Source: a virus
Lineage: Duplodnaviria > Caudoviricetes
Virus record (IMG/VR): IMGVR_UViG_3300020034_000012
Span: 1,962 to 65,961 of that record
DNA length: 64,000 bases
Direction: 5' to 3' (one strand)
The position numbers and the translations under genes were made by a program. Below, in pieces: positions 1-9,468 of the stretch (position 1 is its first letter; each line of letters begins with the position of its first letter). The notes below the pieces were generated by a model, which was not told the DNA's origin, searched no databases, and was given only the letters and a program-made list of their open reading frames with translations.

Positions 1-499
1 CTGCACCAAGGTTACTCTGCACGCCAGCACTCGGACCGTGCGGGTGACTCGCGTTGAACAGTGACCCACCATCGAAGCACGTAGGACCTGCACCCGTGTT
101 GCTATCAAGCGCGGTAGCGCACGCAGAGTCATACGCAGAGGCAGCGCCCCCTACGAAGTTACTCACCGTGTCACCGATGAGGTTCATGTTGTTATTGTAC
201 TCAAGCAACATGCGCGCGATGGGCAACGTCGCTTCGTACTTTTCAAGCACGTAGCTTTGTTGGTATGCGCGGACATACTTCTGAATGCGGGACCCGAGCC
301 ACTTCCGCATCATCGGGTTGTTGGTGGTCCATCGCAGATCCAGGCTCATCGTGTTGCCACTGATGACCCGGGTGTATTGCGAGTAAACGCCCGGTAGAGT
401 CTGTGAGTACAGCTCCCCGTAAGCTGTCTCAAAAGTGGTGTTAGCCGCAGCTAGCCCCTCTATCAGACTGAAGTTCGTGGCCTGTGTTGCGAATGGCAT
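1..499 (-). CDS. Major capsid protein, Mu gpT-like (N-terminal part, runs off window)
   Basis: Not in ORF track; manual translation from ATG 499: MPFATQATNF...NPMMRKWLGSRIQK...KYEATLPIAR...PTCFDGGSLFNASHP, matching gpT motifs MREWxGxR, FExT, CxDGxxFFxxxHP; follows protease and cement genes. Confidence 0.85.
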   Translation of the reverse strand, partial: MPFATQATNFSLIEGLAAANTTFETAYGELYSQTLPGVYSQYTRVISGNTMSLDLRWTTNNPMMRKWLGSRIQKYVRAYQQSYVLEKYEATLPIARMLLEYNNNMNLIGDTVSNFVGGAASAYDSACATALDSNTGAGPTCFDGGSLFNASHPHGPSAGVQSNLGA

Positions 500-537
500 G
501 GCTTGTTAGCTCTCTGGTTCAATCCAATAGAAGGAAA

Positions 538-963
538 TCAGGTGCCCTTCGCCATGACAGCGCGGCGTAGTTTGACCCAGCCATCATTGGCTGCGATGCG
601 TTCAGTGATGGTTCCGACTTGCGGACCCTGCGTCGCCAGGTTCGTAATGGCGTTGTCGTCTTTGGCGTAGGCGATCGTTCCCACCAGACCAACAGTCACG
701 GTGGTCATCAGGAAGATTCGGATCTCGATGTCATCGACGACTTCAACTCGACGGGTTCCGTTGCCCGTCAGCTGCTCTTCAATCGCCAGACCTGCGAACT
801 TGGCAGTCGTGCTGTCCGCGCATGGCGTGACACTGCCGTTGGCAGTCTGCATCACCAGCGCGTTCGCATAGATCTTGGCGCCAGTCTTCACGATGTAAGA
901 CTGTTTCGACTTCGCAAGATCGTTGCGAATCTCACGTCCCGCGTTTGCACTCAATGCCGTCAT
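538..963 (-). CDS. Capsid cement/decoration protein
   Basis: 141 aa between protease and capsid genes; KIYANALV, FAGLAIE, AYAKDDN, VGTI pattern typical of Mu-like decoration proteins. Confidence 0.6.
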   Translation of the reverse strand: MTALSANAGREIRNDLAKSKQSYIVKTGAKIYANALVMQTANGSVTPCADSTTAKFAGLAIEEQLTGNGTRRVEVVDDIEIRIFLMTTVTVGLVGTIAYAKDDNAITNLATQGPQVGTITERIAANDGWVKLRRAVMAKGT

Positions 964-1002
964 GGTGTCCTGTCCCTTTGATCCTGTTAGGTGGAAACGC
1001 GC

Positions 1003-2505
1003 TCAGCTCTTCAGATCGGTGCGCTTCTTCAGCACGACTGCAACGGCCTGCGCCTGCGTCTTGCGTGCACCCATCAAGCAATCGATCGTCATCAGCTCAG
1101 CGCGGCTGAACTGCGACATATCAATCACCTCATTGCCTGGCGTGTGCTGCGCTCCACCTGCCGCAGCGGGCGTGGTGGTGGACTGACGCTGCCCGATGGG
1201 AACCACCTGCGTGGCGTAGATCTGTTCAGCGCGCGCACGGTTCTGCGTGAATGCCCAGATGGCGTTATCACGCTGGTCTGGCATGACGTGACCGCTTGCG
1301 ATCCGCTCATCCACCAGCTGCGCGATCGCCTGCTTCTTCTCTTCAGCGCGCTCTGCTTCCAGCGCATCAAGGCGCTGCTTCATGCGCTCGATGGTTGCCT
1401 TATCGTTGTCACGCTCAAGCTGGTCCAGCGTCAGACCTGTTGGCGCTGTAGCCACTGGCGCCACCACTGCGGGTGCCGCTGCTGGCGTGGACAATACAAC
1501 TGGCGCTGCTGCTGGTGCCGCTGGCTGCGCCGCTTCGGGTTTCTTCTCAACGGTCATGGTGCGTGTTGCCTCTGCTGGCGTGCCATCACGTTTCACTGTC
1601 TTCTGCAGCGCGTTGACGATCATGTCTTTCATGTCCATCAACGCAGCGATCGTCTGTGACTTGTCTAAACCCGCCGCATCAGCGAACAGGTTTAGGAGCG
1701 CGTTCCCATCCGCTTCACTGCCATCACCCAGCGCTGCATCTGCAACGTTGGGATCTGCCGCAGCTGGTGGCGGCGGACCCGGTGCGGCGGGTGGCGGTGG
1801 TGCTGCCAGCTGCTTGTCTTCTTCCTTCGGAGGGAAGGGCGGCGGGTGCGCTGGTGGGTGCGGCTGCTGTGGCGGACCCTTGGGTTCTGCGCTCTGTTGC
1901 GCATGCTGCGGGTCAGCCGGTGGCTGCTTGTCTTTGTCGCTCTGCGGCGGTGGCGGCGGGAAGTTCAGCGCCTTCCACGTCAGTGCGATCTTGTGCTGCC
2001 CATCCAGGAACGGGTTGTTAGTCAACGCTACAGACAGAAGCTCTGCACCGATGACGTCCCCTGACTTCCGATCGATGGACTCAAAGTCCACCACTGGCGA
2101 GCAATAGGCGTACTCACCATCGCGAATCATCTGCGCTGCGCGGGGTGTCCAATCGACGTAAGCCCACAGCTCAGTGCCATTGTTCCGCAGCTCCATCCGC
2201 TTGACCCAGCCGCTTGCTGGCTTCGGTCCGGACGTCGATGGATTGAAGCTATCGTGTTCGTAATCCCAGGGAATCGGGTTCGATTGCGCGCTGAAGTTCT
2301 TGAGGATCTGCGTGAACGAATCGCGCGTAAACTCAAACTCACCGGAGTGATGGCCGCGCCATTCACCCAGCATCGCAACGTGCGCCCATCCACTGTTGGT
2401 GCCTGCGTCAAGCTGCGCGTCCTTCAATGCGATGAACGTGCGTAGGCATTTGGCCTTACGCCCCGTTACGTCCACCGCATACGCTGGCAACGCACCGTCA
2501 AACAT
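1003..2505 (-). CDS. Mu-like prohead protease with scaffold domain
   Basis: DYEH, PASGW, LWAYVDWT, GEYAYCSPV, SVALTNNPFL motifs; Pro-rich linker and helical C-terminal region. Confidence 0.9.
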   Translation of the reverse strand: MFDGALPAYAVDVTGRKAKCLRTFIALKDAQLDAGTNSGWAHVAMLGEWRGHHSGEFEFTRDSFTQILKNFSAQSNPIPWDYEHDSFNPSTSGPKPASGWVKRMELRNNGTELWAYVDWTPRAAQMIRDGEYAYCSPVVDFESIDRKSGDVIGAELLSVALTNNPFLDGQHKIALTWKALNFPPPPPQSDKDKQPPADPQHAQQSAEPKGPPQQPHPPAHPPPFPPKEEDKQLAAPPPPAAPGPPPPAAADPNVADAALGDGSEADGNALLNLFADAAGLDKSQTIAALMDMKDMIVNALQKTVKRDGTPAEATRTMTVEKKPEAAQPAAPAAAPVVLSTPAAAPAVVAPVATAPTGLTLDQLERDNDKATIERMKQRLDALEAERAEEKKQAIAQLVDERIASGHVMPDQRDNAIWAFTQNRARAEQIYATQVVPIGQRQSTTTPAAAGGAQHTPGNEVIDMSQFSRAELMTIDCLMGARKTQAQAVAVVLKKRTDLKS

Positions 2506-2873
2506 CAGGCGATGTGTCCCTGTGATCGCAACACGCGTTCGATGCGCGTCAGTCGATCTTCGGTGCTCAGCTTCTCATTAGGGTCAGCAGCCTTTACGCC
2601 TGCTGCTTCATTCGCCTTGCGCGCGTTCTCATCTTCCGCAGCCTTCTCTTCAGGCGAAGGCATGAACATCACGCCTTCAGTGTTCGGCTTGATGATGACC
2701 GCGGGATCGTTGGTCGGCGTTTGTTCCGCCGCAGCTTTGGCAGTCGGATCGATCGGAGGACTGTCGAAGTCCTTCAACCGTGCGGCAGGGTCCGCACCTT
2801 CCTGCGTGCCAATGCCAACGATAGGCGCTGGCGAAGCACCCTCTGGTAGATCGGTTTTCTTGCCGAAGGCCAT
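2505..2873 (-). CDS. Hypothetical protein, head operon
   Basis: 122 aa ORF whose stop overlaps the protease start; directly downstream of a repeated promoter-like motif. Confidence 0.7.
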   Translation of the reverse strand: MAFGKKTDLPEGASPAPIVGIGTQEGADPAARLKDFDSPPIDPTAKAAAEQTPTNDPAVIIKPNTEGVMFMPSPEEKAAEDENARKANEAAGVKAADPNEKLSTEDRLTRIERVLRSQGHIA

Positions 2874-2896
2874 AGCGTGCTGAAGCTGACAGCTGC

Positions 2897-2920
2897 GCTA
2901 GTGGGTAGAAGAGTGAAAAA
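2897..2920 (-). promoter_or_regulatory. Putative late promoter/activator site, copy 1
   Basis: TTTTTCACTCTTCTACCCACTAGC on minus strand, 23/24 identical to 5648-5671. Confidence 0.7.
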
Positions 2921-2922
2921 CT

Positions 2923-3867
2923 TCAGCCTGCTTCTTCTTCTTCGCCAGTCCCTGTGTCTGTGTCAGACACATTGAGCACTGCGGTAGGTGGCTGATCAAA
3001 CCCTGGCGTAGGGATGTAACCGTCAGGGATTGCAGTGCTGATGGGTACGCCTACCGCTTGCGCCTTGCTGAGCGTGATCATTGAGCAGCGGCAGTTGAAT
3101 CCGTTCGGTGGTGCGATGCGCTGCCAGACTGGATCGTCCACCGCGTAGGTCTGGCCATCCAGCACCGCATGCTCATCCCGCACGCGCGCATCACCCACCG
3201 TGCGGTATTGAACGTAGGGGCGGCTGCTTGCCACCACTGGGTTATTGATCGCTTTGTAGCGGCCAGCTCCATACGCGCTCTGCACGTTGGTGCGGAAGAC
3301 CATCTCTAAGTAGCTGGGTTTCCCCGGTGCTAAGCCTAGCGATGCAGTCAGCTCATTCACTTTGTCAGCGAACTGCGGCAACGTTTCGCCTGCAGTGATT
3401 GCATCGGTCAGGTGCCGCATCACTTCGGACTGCACCTGGTCAAGCATCAGCTGGCGCGCCACTGCTGACCGCTGCGCGTAGTCACCTAGCAGCGTTTCAA
3501 AGTCCGTGTCTTCCACCAGGCCACGCGCCTTGAACGCCTCGATTGCATCGGACCATGGCAGGTCAAGGAACGGCTTCGGGGATGGCGGCGGGTCAGCCAT
3601 CGCAATCACGCGCAGCTGCACTGCCTCTGCTTCACGTCCCGCTACCATCAGCTGACCGCCCATGTCTGCTAGCGCGGTGGTCACGAATAGCACGTCACCC
3701 AGCCGATCAAAGATCGCTGTGTCCTGCTTCCAGTCTGTCAGCGCAGCGTTGACCGCATCAGGGGATGACGCACCGCGGATGATGTCCGCTAGCTCTTCCC
3801 CCGCTTCAGTCATCAGCGCTGCTGCTTGGTACGTCCCACGCACCACTAGCGTGGACGGCCGTCCCAC
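2923..3867 (-). CDS. Minor head morphogenesis protein (Mu gpF / SPP1 gp7 family)
   Basis: FRTNVQSAYGAGR, YRTVGDARVRDEH, PPNGFNCRC. Confidence 0.93.
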   Translation of the reverse strand: MGRPSTLVVRGTYQAAALMTEAGEELADIIRGASSPDAVNAALTDWKQDTAIFDRLGDVLFVTTALADMGGQLMVAGREAEAVQLRVIAMADPPPSPKPFLDLPWSDAIEAFKARGLVEDTDFETLLGDYAQRSAVARQLMLDQVQSEVMRHLTDAITAGETLPQFADKVNELTASLGLAPGKPSYLEMVFRTNVQSAYGAGRYKAINNPVVASSRPYVQYRTVGDARVRDEHAVLDGQTYAVDDPVWQRIAPPNGFNCRCSMITLSKAQAVGVPISTAIPDGYIPTPGFDQPPTAVLNVSDTDTGTGEEEEAG

Positions 3868-5627
3868 TTGGCGCGCAGCACTGTCTCTAGAGGCCCTGTC
3901 GAGCGCGAGGAAGTCAGCGAAGTCTGCGCTGGTGTCGTCACTGTCTGCCGCACCTGAGTCGTGCGGCTCTGGTCTTTTGGGATGGATGCTGCTGCGGGTG
4001 GTGCATCCCCCGGTGGTGGCGGTGGCGCATCCGCTTGCTGCTTCGGTGGTCCGCCGCCGAACGGTGGCGCAGCTGCTGGTTCAGGGGTGGGCGTGAACGC
4101 CGCAGTACCGATAGTCCCAAGCAACTGCTCAGCCGTTGTAGCATCCAAGTTGTAGGCAACCTGGATGAGCACAGCCGCACTCTCGCGGGGTAGCCCACCG
4201 ATCGCCACTTCCTTGAGCACGTCCACCAGCGATGTGACTTGCGCACCATTGAGTGCGGTCTCTTGCTTCTTCACTTCCGCTGGTGCACTCGGGTCAGCCG
4301 GTGCAGGGGGAGCGTTGGGATCTGCGGGTGGTGCGTTCGGGTCAGCCGGTGCAGGCGCAGGGTTCAGTGCGTCTTCAAGCCCGGGCGATGCGCTGCCGCC
4401 GCGCACTTCGTACGGTGCGCCGCTGGTGGCTGCAGCACCGTTACCCGATGCGCGGTCCTGCGCGTTCTGCTCAGCGAGATCTTGGACGTCGGTCTTCTGC
4501 TCATCGGACGCAGTCTTCATCCGCATCTTTGGAATGGGAGGGAGCTGGTCAAACTTGTGTCGGTTGAAATGAATCAGCCAGTAGAAGAGCGTGCGGTGTA
4601 GCGTGCCGCAGAAGTTGGAGCCATCGGTCACCATACGTGGGTCAGTGGTGGCGCTGATGCGGCCAGACACTGCAGCTTGTGAACCGTTCTCACCAGGCAT
4701 CGACACATCCGATGCACCCAGCCACGTCGAGCCAAGCGAGCGCGCAGCGAAGTCCATATACAACTCATGCTGCGATGCAGTCCCCGTGCCCATCGCTGGT
4801 GGCGTAACGGTGAGCTTGCCACCCGCCTCCATCACTGCAGCGCGGTCAATGCCTAGGTCAACGATCGCTGCTTTGATCTGCTGACGCACCGCCTCGGGTG
4901 TGTTCGGCTGAACTTCAGCGCTGATGAATGGCGCGCCATACTTCTCAAGGTTCTGAATCCAGAACGTGTCTGCCCATCGACGAAAGAGCCAGCGCCAGAT
5001 GGACATGCGCATCAGCCCTGCATCGCACGGGTCACCCGCTAGTTCATTGTGCTGATGAACGATCCAGTTGGGTGGGTACAGAACTTCGCCATACATGTTG
5101 CCCGAACTGATGGCGCGCAAACCGTGGTCGTACAGACGCAGCTTCCACTGGTCATCATAGCGGAACCGGTTCGGGTTGATGTAGTGGATGGCGCGCGCGT
5201 AAGTGGTGCGCGACATCCCGTCCCTGTCCCACTCGATTTCATTCGGTGAGTAACCGAGTGCAATCGCATGCAGCGCATTGCGCACGAACTGATCCCAGTT
5301 CGTGATGCGACCTAGACACTCTTCAATGAATGTGGCTGCTTCACGCGCTAGCCGCTGGTCACCAAACTCATTGGGAACGATCTGGTAATCGGCTTGTGCT
5401 ACACGCGTAATACGAGTGGTATACAAGTGGATGAGTAGATCATCCTTGAGCGCGTGGCTAACCAGCTCTGCCCAGTGCTCTACCTCACCCCGCTGAAGCT
5501 GCAGCAGGATGGACGTCAAACGCTGCGCGGTCAGGTCACCGTATGCACCGGGTAACCGCTGGCGCTCTGATGAACCAAGTAGCGCGCGCCGCTCGATTAT
5601 CGGGAAGGCAGTGAGGGACGCAGCCAC
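3846..5627 (-). CDS. Portal protein, Mu gp29/DUF935-like, with Pro/Ala-rich C-terminal extension
   Basis: AIALGYSPNEIEW, LEKYGAP motifs; immediately upstream of gpF; PADPNAP repeats. Confidence 0.88.
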   Translation of the reverse strand: MAASLTAFPIIERRALLGSSERQRLPGAYGDLTAQRLTSILLQLQRGEVEHWAELVSHALKDDLLIHLYTTRITRVAQADYQIVPNEFGDQRLAREAATFIEECLGRITNWDQFVRNALHAIALGYSPNEIEWDRDGMSRTTYARAIHYINPNRFRYDDQWKLRLYDHGLRAISSGNMYGEVLYPPNWIVHQHNELAGDPCDAGLMRMSIWRWLFRRWADTFWIQNLEKYGAPFISAEVQPNTPEAVRQQIKAAIVDLGIDRAAVMEAGGKLTVTPPAMGTGTASQHELYMDFAARSLGSTWLGASDVSMPGENGSQAAVSGRISATTDPRMVTDGSNFCGTLHRTLFYWLIHFNRHKFDQLPPIPKMRMKTASDEQKTDVQDLAEQNAQDRASGNGAAATSGAPYEVRGGSASPGLEDALNPAPAPADPNAPPADPNAPPAPADPSAPAEVKKQETALNGAQVTSLVDVLKEVAIGGLPRESAAVLIQVAYNLDATTAEQLLGTIGTAAFTPTPEPAAAPPFGGGPPKQQADAPPPPPGDAPPAAASIPKDQSRTTQVRQTVTTPAQTSLTSSRSTGPLETVLRAKWDGRPR

Positions 5628-5647
5628 GTGGCTAGGCTGCGCTGCTG

Positions 5648-5671
5648 GCTAGGGGGTAGAAGAGTGAAAAA
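5648..5671 (-). promoter_or_regulatory. Putative late promoter/activator site, copy 2
   Basis: TTTTTCACTCTTCTACCCCCTAGC, 20 nt upstream of the portal GTG. Confidence 0.7.
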
Positions 5672-5708
5672 GACTACGCCCCGCTAGGAACCATTCCCTA
5701 GCGGGGCG
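5667..5708 (-). terminator. Intrinsic terminator
   Basis: 12-bp stem CGCCCCGCTAGG/CCTAGCGGGGCG (5677-5708) followed on minus strand by TAGTCTTTTT. Confidence 0.8.
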
Positions 5709-5789
5709 CATCCCCGGTGTGCTGAAACAGTAACGGAAGACGAGGTAGCTGCTGTGAACCGCAAGCATGCTGCAGCTATCGGCTGCGGG

Positions 5790-6188
5790 TCAAGCTTCCC
5801 AGTTCAGCAAGTAGCTATTCACCCGGACCTGCACGTAGCGCGCGCGTAATCGTGGGGAGATCTCGCGGTACACGGATTCAATCGCAGCATTGAGCGCGTG
5901 CTGCTTCGGGGTCAGTGCGACCATCGGTGTAGATAGATGCACGTACTCAGTGCATGGGCGGATGCGTGGCCGCTTCATCATCTTGCGTAGTGACCGCACA
6001 GTGGCGACACCTTCGTAGACGCCATCCCGCCCATGCGCGATGACGTCCGCAAACGCTTCGCTGGCTTCTGACCAGCCTAGGTGGATCAGATCGTCCGCGT
6101 GGTAGACGGGCAACTGCAGCGCACGTCCGATGTGCTCAGCCAGCGTGGACTTGCCGCACCGTGTACCACCACCGATCACAAGTTTCAT
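5790..6188 (-). CDS. Small P-loop NTPase / nucleotide kinase-like protein
   Basis: N-terminal Walker A GGTRCGKST, then HADD and VYEG as in adenylate/shikimate kinase-like folds. Confidence 0.75.
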   Translation of the reverse strand: MKLVIGGGTRCGKSTLAEHIGRALQLPVYHADDLIHLGWSEASEAFADVIAHGRDGVYEGVATVRSLRKMMKRPRIRPCTEYVHLSTPMVALTPKQHALNAAIESVYREISPRLRARYVQVRVNSYLLNWEA

Positions 6189-6246
6189 AAAATGAAACAG
6201 CCCCTGCTTCCTAGCGGCTTATTGGCGTGCGCTAGAAAGCAGGGGC
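6189..6246 (-). terminator. Probable intrinsic terminator/attenuator
   Basis: Imperfect stem GCCCCTGCTTCCTAGCG/CGCTAGAAAGCAGGGGC (6200-6246) followed on minus strand by TGTTTCATTTT. Confidence 0.6.
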
Positions 6247-6334
6247 AGTCCACGGACGATTGACGTTGACCCGCCGCCAACTTGCCTACGGCTGCCCACG
6301 TTGTCAAGCAGGGTTGCGCGCATACGGCTGTGGC

Positions 6335-6469
6335 ATGTTCGTAACAATCCTCATCTGCGTAGCTGTGTTGGTCCTGGCTGCCGCACCTTCCCCACCGGGG
6401 AACTGGATTGCAACGGTACTGATTGTGATAGCGCTGCTAGCTACCTGCCTTCGGTGGCAGCCCTTCTAA
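6335..6469 (+). CDS. Small two-TM membrane peptide
   Basis: MFVTILICVAVLVLAAAPSPPGNWIATVLIVIALLATCLRWQPF, two hydrophobic helices. Confidence 0.45.
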   Translation: MFVTILICVAVLVLAAAPSPPGNWIATVLIVIALLATCLRWQPF

Positions 6470-6691
6470 GTCAGCCTGCCACGTAGACACCAACAGTGTA
6501 GACAGTTGGTTACGGCGGCAGTAGCGCTGCACGTCTTGCCACAGCCAGCCGCGCACGTGTTTCAGTATCGGTGCAGCTTCGGTGCAGTAGGGTCCGCGGA
6601 ATACCAGGCCAGCGCAGAACGCGCGCGGTGCGTGCTTCGCAGTCATCACGCGCACTAGGGCCATGGGATAGAGGCGGTCAAGTTCGGTCAT
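6437..6691 (-). CDS. Hypothetical protein
   Basis: GGGGAAG-like RBS before ATG 6691; FCAGLV..EAAPIL. Confidence 0.5.
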   Translation of the reverse strand: MTELDRLYPMALVRVMTAKHAPRAFCAGLVFRGPYCTEAAPILKHVRGWLWQDVQRYCRRNQLSTLLVSTWQADLEGLPPKAGS

Positions 6692-6871
6692 GTCTTCCCC
6701 TTCGGTACTGACCACCACCGCATATACGCTGCGCCGAACCAAGACAGCACCATCAGCGATAGGTGCAGCGGTGCGTGCGATGGGTGCACGATCGCTAGGA
6801 TTGCGTTGGCGCTGCAGCCAAAGCAGTTCAGCCAAAACCCGGACTCGCATAGCCAGCGCTCAAACACGCCT

Positions 6872-8377
6872 TCATCCCATCCGCAGATTGCGTGTGCTTG
6901 CACCCATCAGCTGACGCAGACCCGCAGTGCGCAGCGTGGGCTTGGCCACATCGATCCGAAACTCGCCCTTGTATTCGTTGCTCAGGAAGTTGAACGCGCC
7001 AGACGCTGCATCAATCATGTCGTCGTGCGACACGTACGGATACGCGTGCAGGTATTCAAGCAAGCGGCGTGTCTTCGGTCCGCGCACGATGGACAGCTTG
7101 CGATTGTAGACAGCAGCGGACAGAGGCTTCGCGCGCTCAAGCTTGGTGCCTGTGCTGCGGATGCCATCGACTGAGTAGCCTGGCAAGTGCGTCTGGTATA
7201 CGCGCGTTGCAAGCTTGCCGCTGTGTCCGCCTTCTTCTTCCACCCGCACCGCAGTGCTGCGCCCATCTTCATCCGCCTGCAGCAGCATGCGGCTAGGCAG
7301 CTCACCCACGTCCCACTTGTCTTCCGTTGAATCGAGAATGACGTAGCTCTGATCATTGGCCACGCCCATGCGGCAGCTGGCAGTGAAGTCACCTTTGTCT
7401 TGCTTATCCCCGGTGCGCGTTGGTGCTGGCGTTGCAGCGCAATCCCAGTAGCGCACCCATGCAGTCAAGTTCGGTGGCGCCACATCCAGCAGGATGATGC
7501 GATCGGTCTTGAATACGTCGCCTTCCTGCAGTGCATCCCAGATGCCTTCAAGCAGCTGCGCTTGCTCTACCGGTGACAGCTTCGATAGCGATAGCCGATA
7601 CGCTGCCTGATCTTCATGCGGGTTATCCGCCAGGAACGAAGGCAGGAACACTGCCCCCTGTTCACGTGTCTCTAGGTTGATGAACCGCTGCCACACCCAG
7701 AAGTGACCCACGCCACCGGGGTTACCTGTCGAGCGCATGCGCAGCGGGACCTTGCTAAGCGGTCCTCTCTCTGGCCGTGACAAGCGGCTGAACATGTAGC
7801 GATACATGCTGCCCGTGAAGTGCGTCAGCTCTTCCATCACGATGAGCTGCAGCCGCGCACCCTGGTAGCGGTACTTGCTTTCCTCCCGTTCGATGTGACC
7901 GAAGCTGATAGTGCTGGTTCCGCCCCCGGGGCATTGGAACACAAACCCTGGTAGCTCATGATCCCAGCGCACTCCGGTCCTACCGCGCAGCCATTCGTTC
8001 GCACGCGCAAGCACCGCATCGGGCAGCGTCAGCTGATTGTAGTAGCGCCTGCAAATGAGCGCTGCGTACCCAGGTACATGCACATAGCGTAGTGCACTCT
8101 GCAGAGCGCCATCTGTTTTGCCACCGCGTGCAGCGCCACCGAAGAAGACTTCCAGGATGTGGTCAAGCGCGTGCAGCTCACGTTGCTTGGCCGTAGGCGT
8201 GTGCGGACAGAAGGGGATCGGGTCGTCTGCACCGGGGATGATGCTGCCGTAACCGTTGTCATTGGCAGGTGGTGGAGACGCAGTGAACTGACCGGACTGC
8301 GCGCGCGCCGCTAGCTCTGCGGTCAGTGCCGCAATGCGTGCAGCCGTGCGAGTGGCGCGCGATACGTTCTTACCCAT
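6872..8377 (-). CDS. terL: Terminase large subunit
   Basis: Walker A GGAARGGKT, Walker B IVMEE, STGNPGG, nuclease motifs WDCAA, DFTA, HDDMIDA; TAATG overlap supports start 8377. Confidence 0.95.
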   Translation of the reverse strand: MGKNVSRATRTAARIAALTAELAARAQSGQFTASPPPANDNGYGSIIPGADDPIPFCPHTPTAKQRELHALDHILEVFFGGAARGGKTDGALQSALRYVHVPGYAALICRRYYNQLTLPDAVLARANEWLRGRTGVRWDHELPGFVFQCPGGGTSTISFGHIEREESKYRYQGARLQLIVMEELTHFTGSMYRYMFSRLSRPERGPLSKVPLRMRSTGNPGGVGHFWVWQRFINLETREQGAVFLPSFLADNPHEDQAAYRLSLSKLSPVEQAQLLEGIWDALQEGDVFKTDRIILLDVAPPNLTAWVRYWDCAATPAPTRTGDKQDKGDFTASCRMGVANDQSYVILDSTEDKWDVGELPSRMLLQADEDGRSTAVRVEEEGGHSGKLATRVYQTHLPGYSVDGIRSTGTKLERAKPLSAAVYNRKLSIVRGPKTRRLLEYLHAYPYVSHDDMIDAASGAFNFLSNEYKGEFRIDVAKPTLRTAGLRQLMGASTRNLRMG

Positions 8378-8700
8378 TAGTAATATGGACCTGTGTCGTT
8401 TTCCCAGAATGGAACATGCTTGCGGCAATAGCCACCCGTTGCATTGTCGCAGTCCACGCAGCAGTCAGGGCATGGCCCGTTCTCACACTCCCACAGCTCA
8501 AGCTTATTGAACGATTCACGGATGCGCAGCCCTGCGTTGCCGAACATGACTGCAGCGATGAACGTGTCCAGCTCTGCACGGCTTGCGCCTGCGCGACTGC
8601 TGGCCACGCGCCACATCATCGTGATCATGTCCGTGCTGATGCACGCATCTTCTAGGAGCGCATCCGCAGCTAGCTTCGCTTCTTCCTGGGTGGTGGTCAT
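8377..8700 (-). CDS. Hypothetical protein with Cys-rich C-terminus
   Basis: Coupled to terL; CENGPCPDCCVDC..YCRKH. Confidence 0.6.
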   Translation of the reverse strand: MTTTQEEAKLAADALLEDACISTDMITMMWRVASSRAGASRAELDTFIAAVMFGNAGLRIRESFNKLELWECENGPCPDCCVDCDNATGGYCRKHVPFWENDTGPYY

Positions 8701-8791
8701 CGCCCTAGCTTCTTCCCCGCATCGATCCACATCAAGCGCACGTCATACGCAAGGCAGCATCGATGGCAATGCTTGTAGCCCCGGTTAGGCT

Positions 8792-9070
8792 TCATGAGAA
8801 CGGTCCTCTCTTCATGCGCTGCATCACGGCGGTGGCTTCGATGACTGCACGCTGCGCCTGTGGCGATGCTTCAGCCAAGTCACTGCGGCTGACCTTGCGT
8901 AACGCCAGCTGCTTCTCATCGCCGATCGATACGGTGCTTAGCCGTTCGCACAACATGCAGATATACCAGTCCCCTGACGTAGGCTCGACGCCATCCACGT
9001 CCACGTCCCCGCCGCAGTGAGGACACTTCACCAGCGTGGGTGCGTCAGCCATCAGTGCCATCCGCTTCAA
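8792..9070 (-). CDS. Zn-ribbon protein
   Basis: CPHC...CMLC. Confidence 0.6.
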   Translation of the reverse strand: MKRMALMADAPTLVKCPHCGGDVDVDGVEPTSGDWYICMLCERLSTVSIGDEKQLALRKVSRSDLAEASPQAQRAVIEATAVMQRMKRGPFS

Positions 9071-9290
9071 ACGTCAACACAGCCTGCTTGAACTGCTCTA
9101 CGTCATCAGGGTCCATGTACTTCTGCACTGCCAGCCACGTGTTGTGCACGCTGAACTGGACCCCCTCTGGGAAGCCCCGGTTATAGCCAGACTTGAAGCC
9201 AGCTCTAGCGCCCAGCCAAAAGCCCACTGCGCTGAAGACAACGGCAGTCATGATGATGTCAACCACTTGCGTCAGCCCCCTCTGGTTCAT
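9045..9290 (-). CDS. Small membrane protein
   Basis: N-terminal TM helix then GFKSGYNRG. Confidence 0.55.
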   Translation of the reverse strand: MNQRGLTQVVDIIMTAVVFSAVGFWLGARAGFKSGYNRGFPEGVQFSVHNTWLAVQKYMDPDDVEQFKQAVLTFEADGTDG

Positions 9291-9468
9291 CGGTGAACCG
9301 CTCTACAAGATGCGCGTTCGGTGGAGCGATGACGCACCAGTGGATCGCGTTGTGTCGCAAGATGATGCGTTGGTCTGGCCGCACGTCTTCGATGACAGCC
9401 ACACGCTTGCAGGTAGGGCAGCGCGCGAGCATACCAACGTGTTCGGGTTGTATGCTGGATGTAGTCAC
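9259..9468 (-). CDS. Hypothetical protein
   Basis: Tiles the operon; CPTC. Confidence 0.45.
   Translation of the reverse strand: MTTSSIQPEHVGMLARCPTCKRVAVIEDVRPDQRIILRHNAIHWCVIAPPNAHLVERFTDEPEGADASG

Noticed and set aside
4280-4360. PADPNAP repeats in the portal tail
   Set aside because: Ordinary low-complexity coding linker
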